The notes: generated by a model not told the origin, from the letters alone. 64,000 bases of DNA from Micrococcales bacterium (GCA_009785115.1 WQWY01000002.1:21987-85986); one strand, 5' to 3'; shown: positions 54,447 through 63,704, counted from the stretch's first letter. Made by a program: numbers and translations.

Positions 54447-55361
54447 ATGCCTCGCGACAGTCGCTGGCCGCCCGCGCCCGAGCCGCTGCCGGGCGAGGTG
54501 ATCGACAACCACACCCACCTGCGGATGGCCGTGGGGTGGACCGCCGAGGGCTGGCCTGGCGGCGAGACCCGTGACCTGGGGGGCCATCTCGCCCTGGCGG
54601 CGTCGGTCGGGGTGGGTCGGGTGGTCGAGGTCGGTTGCGACCTCGACTCGCTCGAGACCACCGTGGCGCTCGCTGACGCGCACGCGGGCGTGCTGGGCGC
54701 GGTGGCGATCCACCCCAACGAGGCGGTGCTGCACGCGGGCGTGCGCGAGACCGCGCCCGACGGGCTCGACCCCCGGGCCGAGCCGCGTCACGACGTGCCG
54801 CTGGACGAGGCGCTGGCCGCCGTCGCTCGTGCGGCGTCCGGTGCGGGCCGGGTGCGAGCGATCGGTGAGACCGGGCTGGACTACTTCCGTGCCGGGCCGC
54901 GGGGCCGTGCCGCGCAGCGTGAGGCGTTCAGGGCGCACGTCGCCCTTGCCAAAGAGCTGGGCCTGGCCTTGCAGATCCACGACAGGGACGCGCACGCCGA
55001 CGTGGTGGCCACCCTGCTCGCCGACGGCGCTCCCGAGCGGACCGTCCTGCACTGTTTCTCTGGCGACGTCGAGCTGGCCCGCACGTGCGCCGAGCAGGGC
55101 TGGGTCTGCTCGTTCGCCGGCCCCCTGACCCACAAGGCGAACGACGAGCTGCGGGCGGCCGCCGCGGTGCTGCCTGACCACCTGGTGGTCGTGGAGACCG
55201 ACGCGCCGTACCTGACCCCGGTGCCCCACCGAGGGCAGCCGAACTCCTCGTACGTGATGCCGCTCACGGTGCGTGCGCTGGCCCAGGTGCGGCAGGCCGA
55301 CCTGGAGCGGACGTGCGCGCTCGTCACCGCGAACGCCGAACGCCTGTACGGGCCGTGGTGA
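54447..55361 (+). CDS. tatD: TatD-family metal-dependent hydrolase
   Basis: VIDNHTHL..., GETGLDY..., LQIHDRDAH..., HCFSG..., VETDAPYLTP. Confidence 0.9.
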   Translation: MPRDSRWPPAPEPLPGEVIDNHTHLRMAVGWTAEGWPGGETRDLGGHLALAASVGVGRVVEVGCDLDSLETTVALADAHAGVLGAVAIHPNEAVLHAGVRETAPDGLDPRAEPRHDVPLDEALAAVARAASGAGRVRAIGETGLDYFRAGPRGRAAQREAFRAHVALAKELGLALQIHDRDAHADVVATLLADGAPERTVLHCFSGDVELARTCAEQGWVCSFAGPLTHKANDELRAAAAVLPDHLVVVETDAPYLTPVPHRGQPNSSYVMPLTVRALAQVRQADLERTCALVTANAERLYGPW

Positions 55362-55494
55362 GATTCACACCCGTTTGCCCCGGAAAATGTGCCCCAGGAG
55401 GGTCACGGATCGGTTACGGTCGTTCGATCAGCTTCGCGCCCGTGCAACCGATCGGGTCTGCGGACGGCACGAGATCGGGGAGGGACGGCGGCAG

Positions 55495-56679
55495 GTGGCC
55501 AGGCATCGGTCAGCGCACCGTGCGCCGTCGCGCCGTGCCCGAGGGCCGCGCCTCGTCGGCCAGCTCCTGGTGCTCGGGCTCGTGGTCGCCTCGACCAGCG
55601 CGTTCGCGATGCTGCACACGTCAGCGACCGTCGAGGTGGACGGCCGGCCGATCAAGGTCGAGGGTTTCGCCCGCACGGTCGGTGACCTGCTCGCCGCCGA
55701 GGGCATCGAGGTCGGCGAGCACGATCTGGTGATCCCGTCGCTCGACCAGCCGGTGGCCACGAACATCGTGGTGCGCCACGCGCGTGAGATCACCGTGGAG
55801 ATCGACGGGCAGGCACGGACGGTGTGGTCCACGGCCGGGTCCGTGGGCGAGGCGGTCGAGGAGCTCGGGCTGCGTGAGTCCGACGTGCGGCTGTCAGCGT
55901 CCCGCTCGGCCGCGCTGGGGGACGGGGACTCCCTGCGCGTCTCGACGCGCAAGACGGTGCACGTCGCCGTGGACGGGCAGACGATCGACGCCTCGACCAG
56001 CGGCGCCACCGTGCGTGACGCCATGCTCGACGTCGGCCTGGTGCTCGCCGAGGGCGACCGGCTCTCGGTGCCCCTGGACGCCACCGCTGTGAGCGGTCTG
56101 GTGGTCGTGGTCACCCGGGCCGCCTCCACCGGGGAGACCTCGACCGAGGCGGTGCCGTACGAGACGCGAGAGGTCGAGGACCCGACGCTGCCGCGAGGCG
56201 AGAGAAGGGTGGGCACCCGTGGCAAGGCCGGGGTGCAGATCACGACCTACAGGGTCGAGAGGATCGGGGGCGCGGTCGTCTCCAGGACCCCGATCAGGTC
56301 GGTGGTGACGACGGCCCCGGTCGCCGAGGTGGTCCACGTCGGCACGGGGACGGTGCCGCCGGTGGGCCCCGTGGACCCGGGGTCGGCGCAGGCGATCGCC
56401 CAGGCGATGATGCCCTCCTACGGCTGGGACGACCAGCAGTTCGCCTGCCTCGTCCAGCTGTGGCACAAGGAGAGCGGCTGGCGTGTGAACGCCGAGAACA
56501 GGTCGTCGGGCGCCTACGGCATCCCGCAGGCGCTGCCGGGCTCGAAGATGGCCTCGGCGGGCGCGGACTGGCGTACCAACCCCGCCACCCAGATCACCTG
56601 GGGCCTGGGCTACATCAAGGGCCGCTACACCACCCCCTGCGGCGCCTGGTCGCACTTCCTGAGCAAGAACTGGTACTGA
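55495..56679 (+). CDS. RpfB-architecture paralogue: 3x DUF348 + G5 + lysozyme-like (non-Rpf) transglycosylase domain
   Basis: TM anchor, three DUF348 repeats, a G5 domain (...EDPTLPRGERRVGTRGKAGV...), and a C-terminus LWHKESGWRVNAENRSSGAYGIPQALPGSKMASAG... GTG55495 follows GGGGAGGGA. Confidence 0.8.
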   Translation: MARHRSAHRAPSRRARGPRLVGQLLVLGLVVASTSAFAMLHTSATVEVDGRPIKVEGFARTVGDLLAAEGIEVGEHDLVIPSLDQPVATNIVVRHAREITVEIDGQARTVWSTAGSVGEAVEELGLRESDVRLSASRSAALGDGDSLRVSTRKTVHVAVDGQTIDASTSGATVRDAMLDVGLVLAEGDRLSVPLDATAVSGLVVVVTRAASTGETSTEAVPYETREVEDPTLPRGERRVGTRGKAGVQITTYRVERIGGAVVSRTPIRSVVTTAPVAEVVHVGTGTVPPVGPVDPGSAQAIAQAMMPSYGWDDQQFACLVQLWHKESGWRVNAENRSSGAYGIPQALPGSKMASAGADWRTNPATQITWGLGYIKGRYTTPCGAWSHFLSKNWY

Positions 56680-56710
56680 GCCGCACGCGGCGATGTTCCT
56701 AGCGCGTCGT

Positions 56711-56741
56711 TTGACATCGTAGGTAACGTTCTGGTTACGAT
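56711..56741 (+). promoter_or_regulatory. SigA-type promoter: -35 TTGACA (56711-56716), -10 TACGAT (56736-56741)
   Basis: Perfect -35 hexamer, 19-nt spacer, TAnnnT -10, in the AT-richest part of the 276-nt intergenic region. Predicts a TSS near 56748. Confidence 0.5.
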
Positions 56742-56745
56742 CTAA

Positions 56746-56952
56746 CGTCGCTTCTGAATGCGAGCCGGACTCGTCCGAACGGGTCATGGTCGCCTCGGCG
56801 ACGGGTGAGGTTGCGAATCTCACCTTGACAGCCGGATCGGGAGGTCCGGGGTCGCACAGGTGCCTGCGGCACCAGGACGTCGTCTGGGAGCCCCAGAAGA
56901 CGTCGCGGCCCCGCGACGAACCCCCGTGCCCGGGACCTGCGAAGGCTGGAGC
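56746..56952 (+). ncRNA. ~205-nt structured 5' leader of rpfB; candidate ydaO-type (cyclic-di-AMP) or other riboswitch
   Basis: Runs from the predicted TSS to the RBS. Contains CGCUUCUGAAUGCGAGCC, ACGGGUGAGGUUGCGAAUC, GGGAGGUCCGGGGUC and CGAACCCCCGUGCCCGGGACCUGCGAAGGC, which partly echo ydaO conserved blocks. The 5' GCUUC can pair with the 3' GAAGGC next to GGAG. Confidence 0.3.
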
Positions 56953-56955
56953 CTC

Positions 56956-58155
56956 GTGCAACGTCTGACCGAAACCCTGCGTGCCCTCACCGCCGTCGAG
57001 ACCACCAGCGATCTCGACGCCTCACCACGGAGGGGACGACGGTTCGGTCGCCCCTGGGTGGTCGGCGTCATCGCCGGAGCGCTCGTGCTGACCACCGGAG
57101 GGGTCGCTGTGGCCTCCGCGCACAAGACCATCGACCTCGACGTCGACGGCGAGGTGCGCACCGTGTCGACGTTCGCCGGGTCTGTGCCCGGTCTGCTGCG
57201 GCAGGAGGGCGTGACCCTCGGCGAGCACGACACGGTCTCCGTGAACGGCCGTCTGCACGACGGCGCGACGATCGTCGTGCGCCACGCCAAGCTGTTGCAC
57301 ATCGCCTCTGGCGACACCGTGACCGAGGTGTGGAGCACCGCGCTGAGCGCCGAAGAGGCGCTGGCACCGCTGAGCGAGGACGCGGCGCTGCTGGTCTCCC
57401 GGGCCAGCTCCGACGGCCGTCCGGTGTTCCCGCTGGACCTGGCCAAGGAAGGGCCGGCCCGTGTCGTGGCCGACGGCACGACGACCCCCCTGGACTCCGG
57501 CGACGTCTCGGTCGCGCAGGCGCTGGTCTCCGCCGAGGTCGAGCTCGGAGCCCTGGACGAGCTTCAGGTCGTCTCGGGCTCTGAGGGCGTGCACGTGGTG
57601 GTGACGCGCGTGGTCGTCGAGCAGGTCACCACGACCGAGGAGATCCCGTTCACCTCGAGCACCACGAACGACGCCAACCGCACGGTCGGTACCAGGGTGG
57701 TCGTCACGGCCGGCGTGCCGGGCGTGCGCACCGTGGTCGCCACGGTCACCACCGCCGACGGGGTCGAGCGTGAGCGGGTGGTGCTCTCCGACGAGATCAC
57801 CGCCGAGCCGGTCCACGAGGTGGTCGCGGTCGGCACCAAGCCGAAGCCCCAGCCTGCCCCGGCGGCCAGGCCCGCGACCGGTGGCGACGTGCCCGCGAGC
57901 ACGGGCCGGTCGTCCGCGGGCCTGAACTGGGCCGCGCTCGCGGCCTGCGAGTCCGGCGGCAACCCGACCATCGTGTCGAAGAGCGGCAAGTACCACGGCC
58001 TGTACCAGTTCTCGGTGGCGACCTGGCAGTCGGTCGGCGGCACGGGTCTGCCGTCGCAGGCGTCGGCCGCTGAGCAGACGATGCGCGCCCAGATGCTCTA
58101 CGAGCGCTCTGGCGCCGGTCAGTGGCCGCACTGTGGTCCGCGCCTGTTCCGGTAG
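56956..58155 (+). CDS. rpfB: Resuscitation-promoting factor RpfB (3x DUF348 + G5 + Rpf domain)
   Basis: C-terminal Rpf domain LNWAALAACESGGNPTIVSKSGKYHGLYQFSVATWQSVGG...QWPHCG. GTG56956 chosen; the track ORF starts at 56860. Confidence 0.85.
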   Translation: MQRLTETLRALTAVETTSDLDASPRRGRRFGRPWVVGVIAGALVLTTGGVAVASAHKTIDLDVDGEVRTVSTFAGSVPGLLRQEGVTLGEHDTVSVNGRLHDGATIVVRHAKLLHIASGDTVTEVWSTALSAEEALAPLSEDAALLVSRASSDGRPVFPLDLAKEGPARVVADGTTTPLDSGDVSVAQALVSAEVELGALDELQVVSGSEGVHVVVTRVVVEQVTTTEEIPFTSSTTNDANRTVGTRVVVTAGVPGVRTVVATVTTADGVERERVVLSDEITAEPVHEVVAVGTKPKPQPAPAARPATGGDVPASTGRSSAGLNWAALAACESGGNPTIVSKSGKYHGLYQFSVATWQSVGGTGLPSQASAAEQTMRAQMLYERSGAGQWPHCGPRLFR

Positions 58156-58163
58156 GTCTGGCT

Positions 58164-58207
58164 GAGGGAGGGGGTCGCGTCGTCACGACGACGCGACCCC
58201 CTCCCTC
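58164..58207 (+). terminator. Very strong stem-loop between rpfB and rsmA
   Basis: GAGGGAGGGGGTCGCGTCGTC (58164-58184) / GACGACGCGACCCCCTCCCTC (58187-58207), 21 complementary nt, starting 9 nt after the rpfB stop. Confidence 0.6.
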
Positions 58208-58260
58208 GTCTCTGGTGACCGGAGGCCGAGAGGGGCGGAGCAGTCCGCTAGCGTGGGTGC

Positions 58261-59223
58261 GTGACGTCCGAGGTGCCGGTGCTGCTGACCCCGGCACGCG
58301 TGCGTGAGCTGGCAGCCTCGGCGGGGGTGCGCCCGACCAAGACGCTGGGGCAGAACTTCGTCATCGACCCGGGCACGGTCCGCAAGATCGTCCGCCAGGC
58401 CGAGGTCTCGTCTGGTGAGCAGGTGGTCGAGATCGGCCCCGGGCTGGGCTCCCTCACCCTCGGGCTGCTGGAGGCCGGGGCGGACGTCGTCGCCGTGGAG
58501 ATCGACCCGGTGCTGGCGCGGCTGCTGCCGGCCACGGTGGCCCAGCAGGCACCCGGGTGGCAGGCCGGCGAGGACGTGGTGCTGGACTCTGACGGTCGGG
58601 TGCGTCTGCGGGTCGTGACCGCCGACGCCCTCGACGTCGACACCCTGCCGGGACCGCCGTCGACCGCCCTGGTCGCGAACCTGCCCTACAACGTGGCCGT
58701 GCCGGTGCTGCTGACCTTCTTGGAGCGGTTCACCTCGTGGCGCCGAGGGCTGGTCATGGTGCAGTCGGAGGTCGCCGACCGGTTGGTCGCCGCCCCCGGT
58801 TCCCGGGTCTACGGGGTGCCGAGCGTCAAGACGGCCTGGTACGCCCAGGCCCGGCGCACCGCGACCGTCGGCCCTCGCGTGTTCTGGCCGGTGCCCAACG
58901 TCGACTCGGCTCTGGTGCGGCTCGACCGTCGTGACCCCCCGCCGACCTCCGCGACCCGGGTGCAGGTGTTCGCCACGGTGGACGCGGCCTTCGCCCAGCG
59001 TCGCAAGATGCTGCGGTCCGCGCTGGCGACGCTGGCGGGGTCCGGTGAGGCGGCCGCCGAGGCGCTCACCGCCGCCGGGCTGGACCCGACCGACCGTGGC
59101 GAACGCGTCGACGTGGCCGGTCTCGCCCGGCTGGCCGAACGTCTGCCTCCGGTCGAGCACCTGCCTCCTCTCGGGTCTCGCGCTTCCCACGGACGCGGCG
59201 AGCCTGGCACAGTGGCGCCGTGA
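58261..59223 (+). CDS. rsmA: 16S rRNA (adenine1518/1519-N6)-dimethyltransferase
   Basis: ...KTLGQNFVIDPGTVRKIV...VVEIGPGLGSLT...ANLPYNV... shows the KsgA motifs. GTG start. Confidence 0.9.
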   Translation: MTSEVPVLLTPARVRELAASAGVRPTKTLGQNFVIDPGTVRKIVRQAEVSSGEQVVEIGPGLGSLTLGLLEAGADVVAVEIDPVLARLLPATVAQQAPGWQAGEDVVLDSDGRVRLRVVTADALDVDTLPGPPSTALVANLPYNVAVPVLLTFLERFTSWRRGLVMVQSEVADRLVAAPGSRVYGVPSVKTAWYAQARRTATVGPRVFWPVPNVDSALVRLDRRDPPPTSATRVQVFATVDAAFAQRRKMLRSALATLAGSGEAAAEALTAAGLDPTDRGERVDVAGLARLAERLPPVEHLPPLGSRASHGRGEPGTVAP

Positions 59224-60146
59224 CGTCCGCCTGGGTAGAGCCGCCCGACTGGGTGCGTGCGCACGCACCCGCCAAGATCAACCTCTCGCTGCGCGCGGGC
59301 TCCCCGAGGTCGGACGGCTACCACCCGCTGGTCACCGTGTTCCAGGCGGTCTCGCTGTTCGAGGAGGTCACCGCCACGGCGGACGACGACGTGCGGGTCA
59401 CGGTCAGCGGCGAGCAGGCCGACCGGGTGCCCACGGACGAGTCCAACCTCGCGGTGCGGGCCGCACGTCTGCTCGCCCGCCGGGCGGGGATCACGGACGG
59501 GGTCCACCTGCACCTGTCCAAGGCGGTCCCGGTGGCCGGGGGGATGGCCGGGGGCTCGGCCGACGCCGCCGCGACCCTGGTCGCCGTCGACGAGCTGTGG
59601 GGCACCGGCGCGTCGCGCGACGACCTGCTCGACCTGGCTCGCGAGCTGGGCGCCGACGTGCCGTTCGCCCTGGTCGGGCACACCGCCGTGGGCACCGGCC
59701 GTGGGGACGTGCTCACCCCGGCGATGGTGCGCGGCGAGTTCCACTGGGTGCTCGCACTCTCCGACCACGGCCTGTCCACGCCCGCGGTGTTCGGCGCGCT
59801 CGACCGGCTGCGCGACGGTGCGCACGTCGAGCCGAACCCGGAGGCCGACGTGGCCGTCATGCAGGCGCTGCGCTCCGGCGACCCGCACCAGCTGGGCGAG
59901 GCCCTGCACAACGACCTGGAGCCCGCCGCGCTGCACCTGGCCCCGCGCCTGGCCGCCGTCCAGGCCGCCGCCCGCGACGCCGGCGCCCTGGGCGTGGTGG
60001 TCTCCGGCTCTGGCCCCACCGTCGCCGCCTTGGCTCGCAGCGAGTCTCACGCCAAGATCGTCGCCACCACCCTCACCTTGGCTGGTGTCGCTGACCGCCT
60101 CCTCGTCGCCACAGGCCCCGCCCCCGGCGCCCGTCTGCTCCCCTGA
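59220..60146 (+). CDS. ispE: 4-(cytidine 5'-diphospho)-2-C-methyl-D-erythritol kinase
   Basis: APAKINLSLRAG...DGYHPL..., GHMP motif PVAGGMAGGSADAAA. GTGA overlap with rsmA. Confidence 0.9.
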   Translation: MTSAWVEPPDWVRAHAPAKINLSLRAGSPRSDGYHPLVTVFQAVSLFEEVTATADDDVRVTVSGEQADRVPTDESNLAVRAARLLARRAGITDGVHLHLSKAVPVAGGMAGGSADAAATLVAVDELWGTGASRDDLLDLARELGADVPFALVGHTAVGTGRGDVLTPAMVRGEFHWVLALSDHGLSTPAVFGALDRLRDGAHVEPNPEADVAVMQALRSGDPHQLGEALHNDLEPAALHLAPRLAAVQAAARDAGALGVVVSGSGPTVAALARSESHAKIVATTLTLAGVADRLLVATGPAPGARLLP

Positions 60147-60207
60147 CCGACGCAGCGGTCAGACGACCCGGCTGGCTGCCGGGAACAGTCGGAGCCGGCG
60201 GCATAGC

Positions 60208-61116
60208 ATGGCGGGCGTGATCGCGCTGGAGCATGTGAGCAAGAGGTTCGGGGACCGGGTCGCGCTGGACGATGTCGGGTTCGAGGTGCGGTCTGGGCGC
60301 CTGACCGGGTTCGTGGGGGGCAACGGGGCGGGGAAGACGACCGCGATGCGCATCCTCATGGGGGTGCTGACGGCCGACTCGGGACAGGTCCTCATCGACG
60401 GGCGGCCGTTGGACGGTGCGACGCGTCGCGGGTTCGGCTACATGCCCGAGGAGCGTGGGCTGTACCCCAAGATGAAGGTCCTCGAGCACCTCGCCTACCT
60501 CGCCAGGCTGCACGGGTACGACGACCAGGCCGCGAGGCAGCGTGCCCAGGCGCTGCTGGAGCGTCTAGGCCTGGCGGCCCGCGCGAACGACCCGGTGGAC
60601 GCGCTGTCGCTGGGCAACCAGCAGCGCGCGCAGATCGCCGCCGCGCTCGTGCACGACCCGGAGGTGCTCGTGCTGGACGAGCCCTTCTCCGGGCTGGACC
60701 CGATCGCCGTGGACGCGGTCGTCGCGGTGCTCAAGGAGCGGGCCGCCGGGGGTGTGCCCGTGCTGTTCAGCTCCCACCAGCTCGACGTGGTGGAGAGGCT
60801 GTGCGACGACCTGGTCATCATCGCCGGCGGCACCATCCGCGCCGCCGGAGAGCGTGAGGAGCTGCGTGCCCAGTTCAGCACCTCCCGGTTCGAGCTGAGC
60901 GCCTCTGACCTCGGCTGGCTGCGGGCCGAGCCCGGCGTGACCGTGGTCGACCTCACCGACGGCGAGGTCGTGTTCGACGCGGACGAGGCGACGGCCCAGC
61001 GGGTGCTGGGCTCGGCCCTGGACCGCGGCCCCGTGGCACGCTTCGCCCCCGTCACCCCGTCCCTCGCCGAGATCTTCCGCGAGGTCATGGCCGACTCTCA
61101 GGAGGTGCGCGCATGA
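60208..61116 (+). CDS. ABC transporter ATP-binding protein (ABC-2 subfamily)
   Basis: GGNGAGKTT, LSLGNQQR, LVLDEPFSGLDP. ATG60208. The track ORF from 59257 runs through ispE in another frame. Confidence 0.9.
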   Translation: MAGVIALEHVSKRFGDRVALDDVGFEVRSGRLTGFVGGNGAGKTTAMRILMGVLTADSGQVLIDGRPLDGATRRGFGYMPEERGLYPKMKVLEHLAYLARLHGYDDQAARQRAQALLERLGLAARANDPVDALSLGNQQRAQIAAALVHDPEVLVLDEPFSGLDPIAVDAVVAVLKERAAGGVPVLFSSHQLDVVERLCDDLVIIAGGTIRAAGEREELRAQFSTSRFELSASDLGWLRAEPGVTVVDLTDGEVVFDADEATAQRVLGSALDRGPVARFAPVTPSLAEIFREVMADSQEVRA

Positions 61117-62234
61117 GCGCCACGTCGTTCCCGGTCCGGTCGACCTCGCCCCGGCCGCCCCGACCGACCGTCGTGCGTCTGGTCACGCTGGTCGCCCGGC
61201 GGGAGATCCTGGCCCACGTGCGCACCAGGTCGTTCTGGGTGTCCACGGCGATCCTGCTGGCCCTGGTGCTCGGTGGCATCCTCGCCTCGTCGTTCCTCGG
61301 GGAGAAGATCGGCCAGCCGCCCAAGGTCGCCGCGGTGCCCGAGGTGGTCGCGCACGTCGAGGCCGTCGGGCTCACCTACGTCGAGGTGCCCGACCAGGTC
61401 GCCGCCGAGCGGGCGGTCCGTGACAAGACGGTCGGTGCGGCGGTGCTGCTCGGTGCTGACGGCGCGCTGGTCGTCGTCGGCCTGGACGCCTGGCCGACGA
61501 CGGTCGCCCAGACGCTGGCCGTCCTGCCGAAGATGCAGACCCTGGAGCCGGTCAAGACCGACGAGGGCATGCGCTTCCTGGTCTCGATCGCGTTCGGCAT
61601 CGTCTTCGCGATGGCCGCCGTCACCTTCGGGATGACGATCGCCCAGAACACGGTGACCGAGAAGCAGACCAGGGTGGTGGAGATCCTGCTGTCCGCGGTG
61701 CCCACACGTGCGCTGCTCGCCGGCAAGGTGATCGGCAACTCTGTGCTCGCGCTGGGGCAGACGACGGCGATCGCGGCGGTGGCCGTCCTCGGCCTCGTCG
61801 TCACCCAGCGGGACGCCCTGCTCGGCCAGATCGGTGCGCCGGTGGCGTGGTTCGTGCTGTTCTTCGCCGTCGGTTTCGTGCTGCTGGCGTCGATGTTCGC
61901 GGCCTCGGCGGCTCTGGTCTCCCGGCAGGAAGACCTGAGCGCGGTGGTCCAGCCGGTGACCTGGTTGGTGATGACGCCGTACCTGCTGGTGGTGTTCTTC
62001 AACTCCAACCCCATGGTGCTGACCGTGATGTCCTACGTGCCGTTCAGCGCCCCGGTCGGGATGCCGGTGCGGCTGTTCCTGGGCGAGGCCTCCTGGTGGG
62101 AGCCGCTGCTGAGCCTGGTGGTGCTCGTCGCCTCGACCGTCCTCGTCGTCGGGGTCGGGGCCAGGGTGTATGAGCGCTCGGTGCTGCGCATGGGCACCCG
62201 AGTGCGTCTCGGTGAGGCGCTGCGCGCCCGCTGA
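61113..62234 (+). CDS. ABC-2 transporter permease
   Basis: 373 aa with an N-terminal TM, an extracytoplasmic loop and 5 C-terminal TM segments. ATGA overlap with the ATPase gene. Confidence 0.8.
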   Translation: MSATSFPVRSTSPRPPRPTVVRLVTLVARREILAHVRTRSFWVSTAILLALVLGGILASSFLGEKIGQPPKVAAVPEVVAHVEAVGLTYVEVPDQVAAERAVRDKTVGAAVLLGADGALVVVGLDAWPTTVAQTLAVLPKMQTLEPVKTDEGMRFLVSIAFGIVFAMAAVTFGMTIAQNTVTEKQTRVVEILLSAVPTRALLAGKVIGNSVLALGQTTAIAAVAVLGLVVTQRDALLGQIGAPVAWFVLFFAVGFVLLASMFAASAALVSRQEDLSAVVQPVTWLVMTPYLLVVFFNSNPMVLTVMSYVPFSAPVGMPVRLFLGEASWWEPLLSLVVLVASTVLVVGVGARVYERSVLRMGTRVRLGEALRAR

Positions 62235-62366
62235 CAGGGGCGGTGCCTCGTCACGTCGGCTCATCCTCAGGGTGGAGGCCGACCCGACCAGACATCGGTC
62301 GCGGAACCGATCCGCGAGACCTGGTGCGGCCGGTAGCGTTCAGGGCCTGGATCGAGGCGAAGGTGG

Positions 62367-63704
62367 GTGTGCGTGAGCGTCGCGATGTCCTTGGGTGCCG
62401 TGCGCCCGCTGACGGAGCTGGAGGTGCGAGGGCACGGTCGCGTCCGTCGGTATCTCGTGGCTCACCCGCGGGTGATGGACGCGCTGGTCGTGACGATCGT
62501 CGGGCTCAACGCGCTGTTCGGGATCGTGCTCCAGCTTCTCAGTCCCGCCCCTTCGGCTGGCGAGATCGCCTGGGGAACCTTGGTCGGGCTGGTGTGCACG
62601 GGCGCGATCTGGTTCCGTCGGCACCGCCCCGTCCTGGTGCTGACGGCGATCACCCTGGTGACGGTGAGCACCCTGCTGGTCCCGTGGCAGGGAGGCGAGC
62701 TGGGGTCGACCGGGGCGTACCCGATGGCTCTGTACGCCGTCGCCGTCTACCGTCGGCCGGCGCTCGCCTGGGTGGGGGCGGGGGTGAGCTTTGCCTCGCT
62801 CGTGGGGGCCGCGCTGCTCGGGAACCTGGTCTTCGACTCCGTCGCCTCCGCTGGGCACTCGATCGGCTTCCACTGGTCCGTGATGGTGCCCGCCTGGACC
62901 CTGGACGCCTGGCTGTCCCGGCTGGTCGAGTGCCTGGTGCTCGGGCTGGCCGCGCTCGCCGGGGGAGTCTCCGTGCACGGACAGCGCGAGCACCTCGCCG
63001 AGCTGGTGCGGCGCATGGCCGCGCTGGTCGCGGCGGGGGAGCAGAACGCGAGTCTGGCGTCGATGCAAGAGCGTTCCCGGATCGCCCGGGAGATGCACGA
63101 CGTCGTCGCGCACTCCCTGTCGGTGATGATCGCCCTGGTCGACGGTGCCCGTGCGGCGGCATCCACCTCTCCGAAGGCGTCCGCCGAGGCCCTGGACCTG
63201 CTCGCGGAGACAGGGCGCACCGCGTTGACGGACATGCGCCGGATGCTCGGGGTGCTGCGTGACGGGGACACGCCGATGGCGCCGCAGCCGACGGAGGCTG
63301 ACGCCGTCGCCGGGCTGGTCGAGGTGTTCGCCAGGGTGGGTCTGGTGGTGCGGCTGCGGGCCGACGACCTCCCAGAGCACTCGGGCCTGCGGCTGACGGT
63401 GTTCCGGCTGGTGCAGGAGGCGTTGACGAACGTGCTGCGGCACGCTCCGCAGGCCACCGCCGCCGAGGTCGAGGTGGTGGTGCACCAGGGCTCACGGGTG
63501 GAGGTCACGGTGCGTGACGACGGGGGGCAGGTCACCGAGCCTGTCGGTACTGGTGGGAAAGGGCTGGTCGGGATGCGTGAGCGTGCTGCGATGTACGCCG
63601 GTGAGGTCGAGGCGGGCCCCGTGCCCGGGGGGTGGAAGGTGCACGCGGTGCTCGCGGTGCCACCGCCCGACCCGTCGAACCTGGCGTGGGTGAGGCCGGT
63701 ATGA
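62367..63704 (+). CDS. Sensor histidine kinase (HisKA_3/NarX-LiaS type)
   Basis: Multi-TM sensor region, H-box RIAREMHDVVAHSLSV, and HATPase_c (...LTNVLRHAP..., ...DDGG..., GKGLVGMRERA). Start uncertain (GTG62367, GTG62373 or ATG62385). Confidence 0.85.
   Translation: MCVSVAMSLGAVRPLTELEVRGHGRVRRYLVAHPRVMDALVVTIVGLNALFGIVLQLLSPAPSAGEIAWGTLVGLVCTGAIWFRRHRPVLVLTAITLVTVSTLLVPWQGGELGSTGAYPMALYAVAVYRRPALAWVGAGVSFASLVGAALLGNLVFDSVASAGHSIGFHWSVMVPAWTLDAWLSRLVECLVLGLAALAGGVSVHGQREHLAELVRRMAALVAAGEQNASLASMQERSRIAREMHDVVAHSLSVMIALVDGARAAASTSPKASAEALDLLAETGRTALTDMRRMLGVLRDGDTPMAPQPTEADAVAGLVEVFARVGLVVRLRADDLPEHSGLRLTVFRLVQEALTNVLRHAPQATAAEVEVVVHQGSRVEVTVRDDGGQVTEPVGTGGKGLVGMRERAAMYAGEVEAGPVPGGWKVHAVLAVPPPDPSNLAWVRPV

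Noticed and set aside
55362-55494. Possible riboswitch upstream of the first RpfB-like paralogue
   Set aside because: It is only about 130 nt, with no recognisable conserved blocks and no promoter-like hexamers. It is probably just a short UTR read through from tatD.
59257-60207. First 317 codons of the 619-aa ORF at 59257-61116
   Set aside because: It is an alternative frame of ispE (Pro/Arg/Ser-rich). The ABC ATPase begins at ATG60208.
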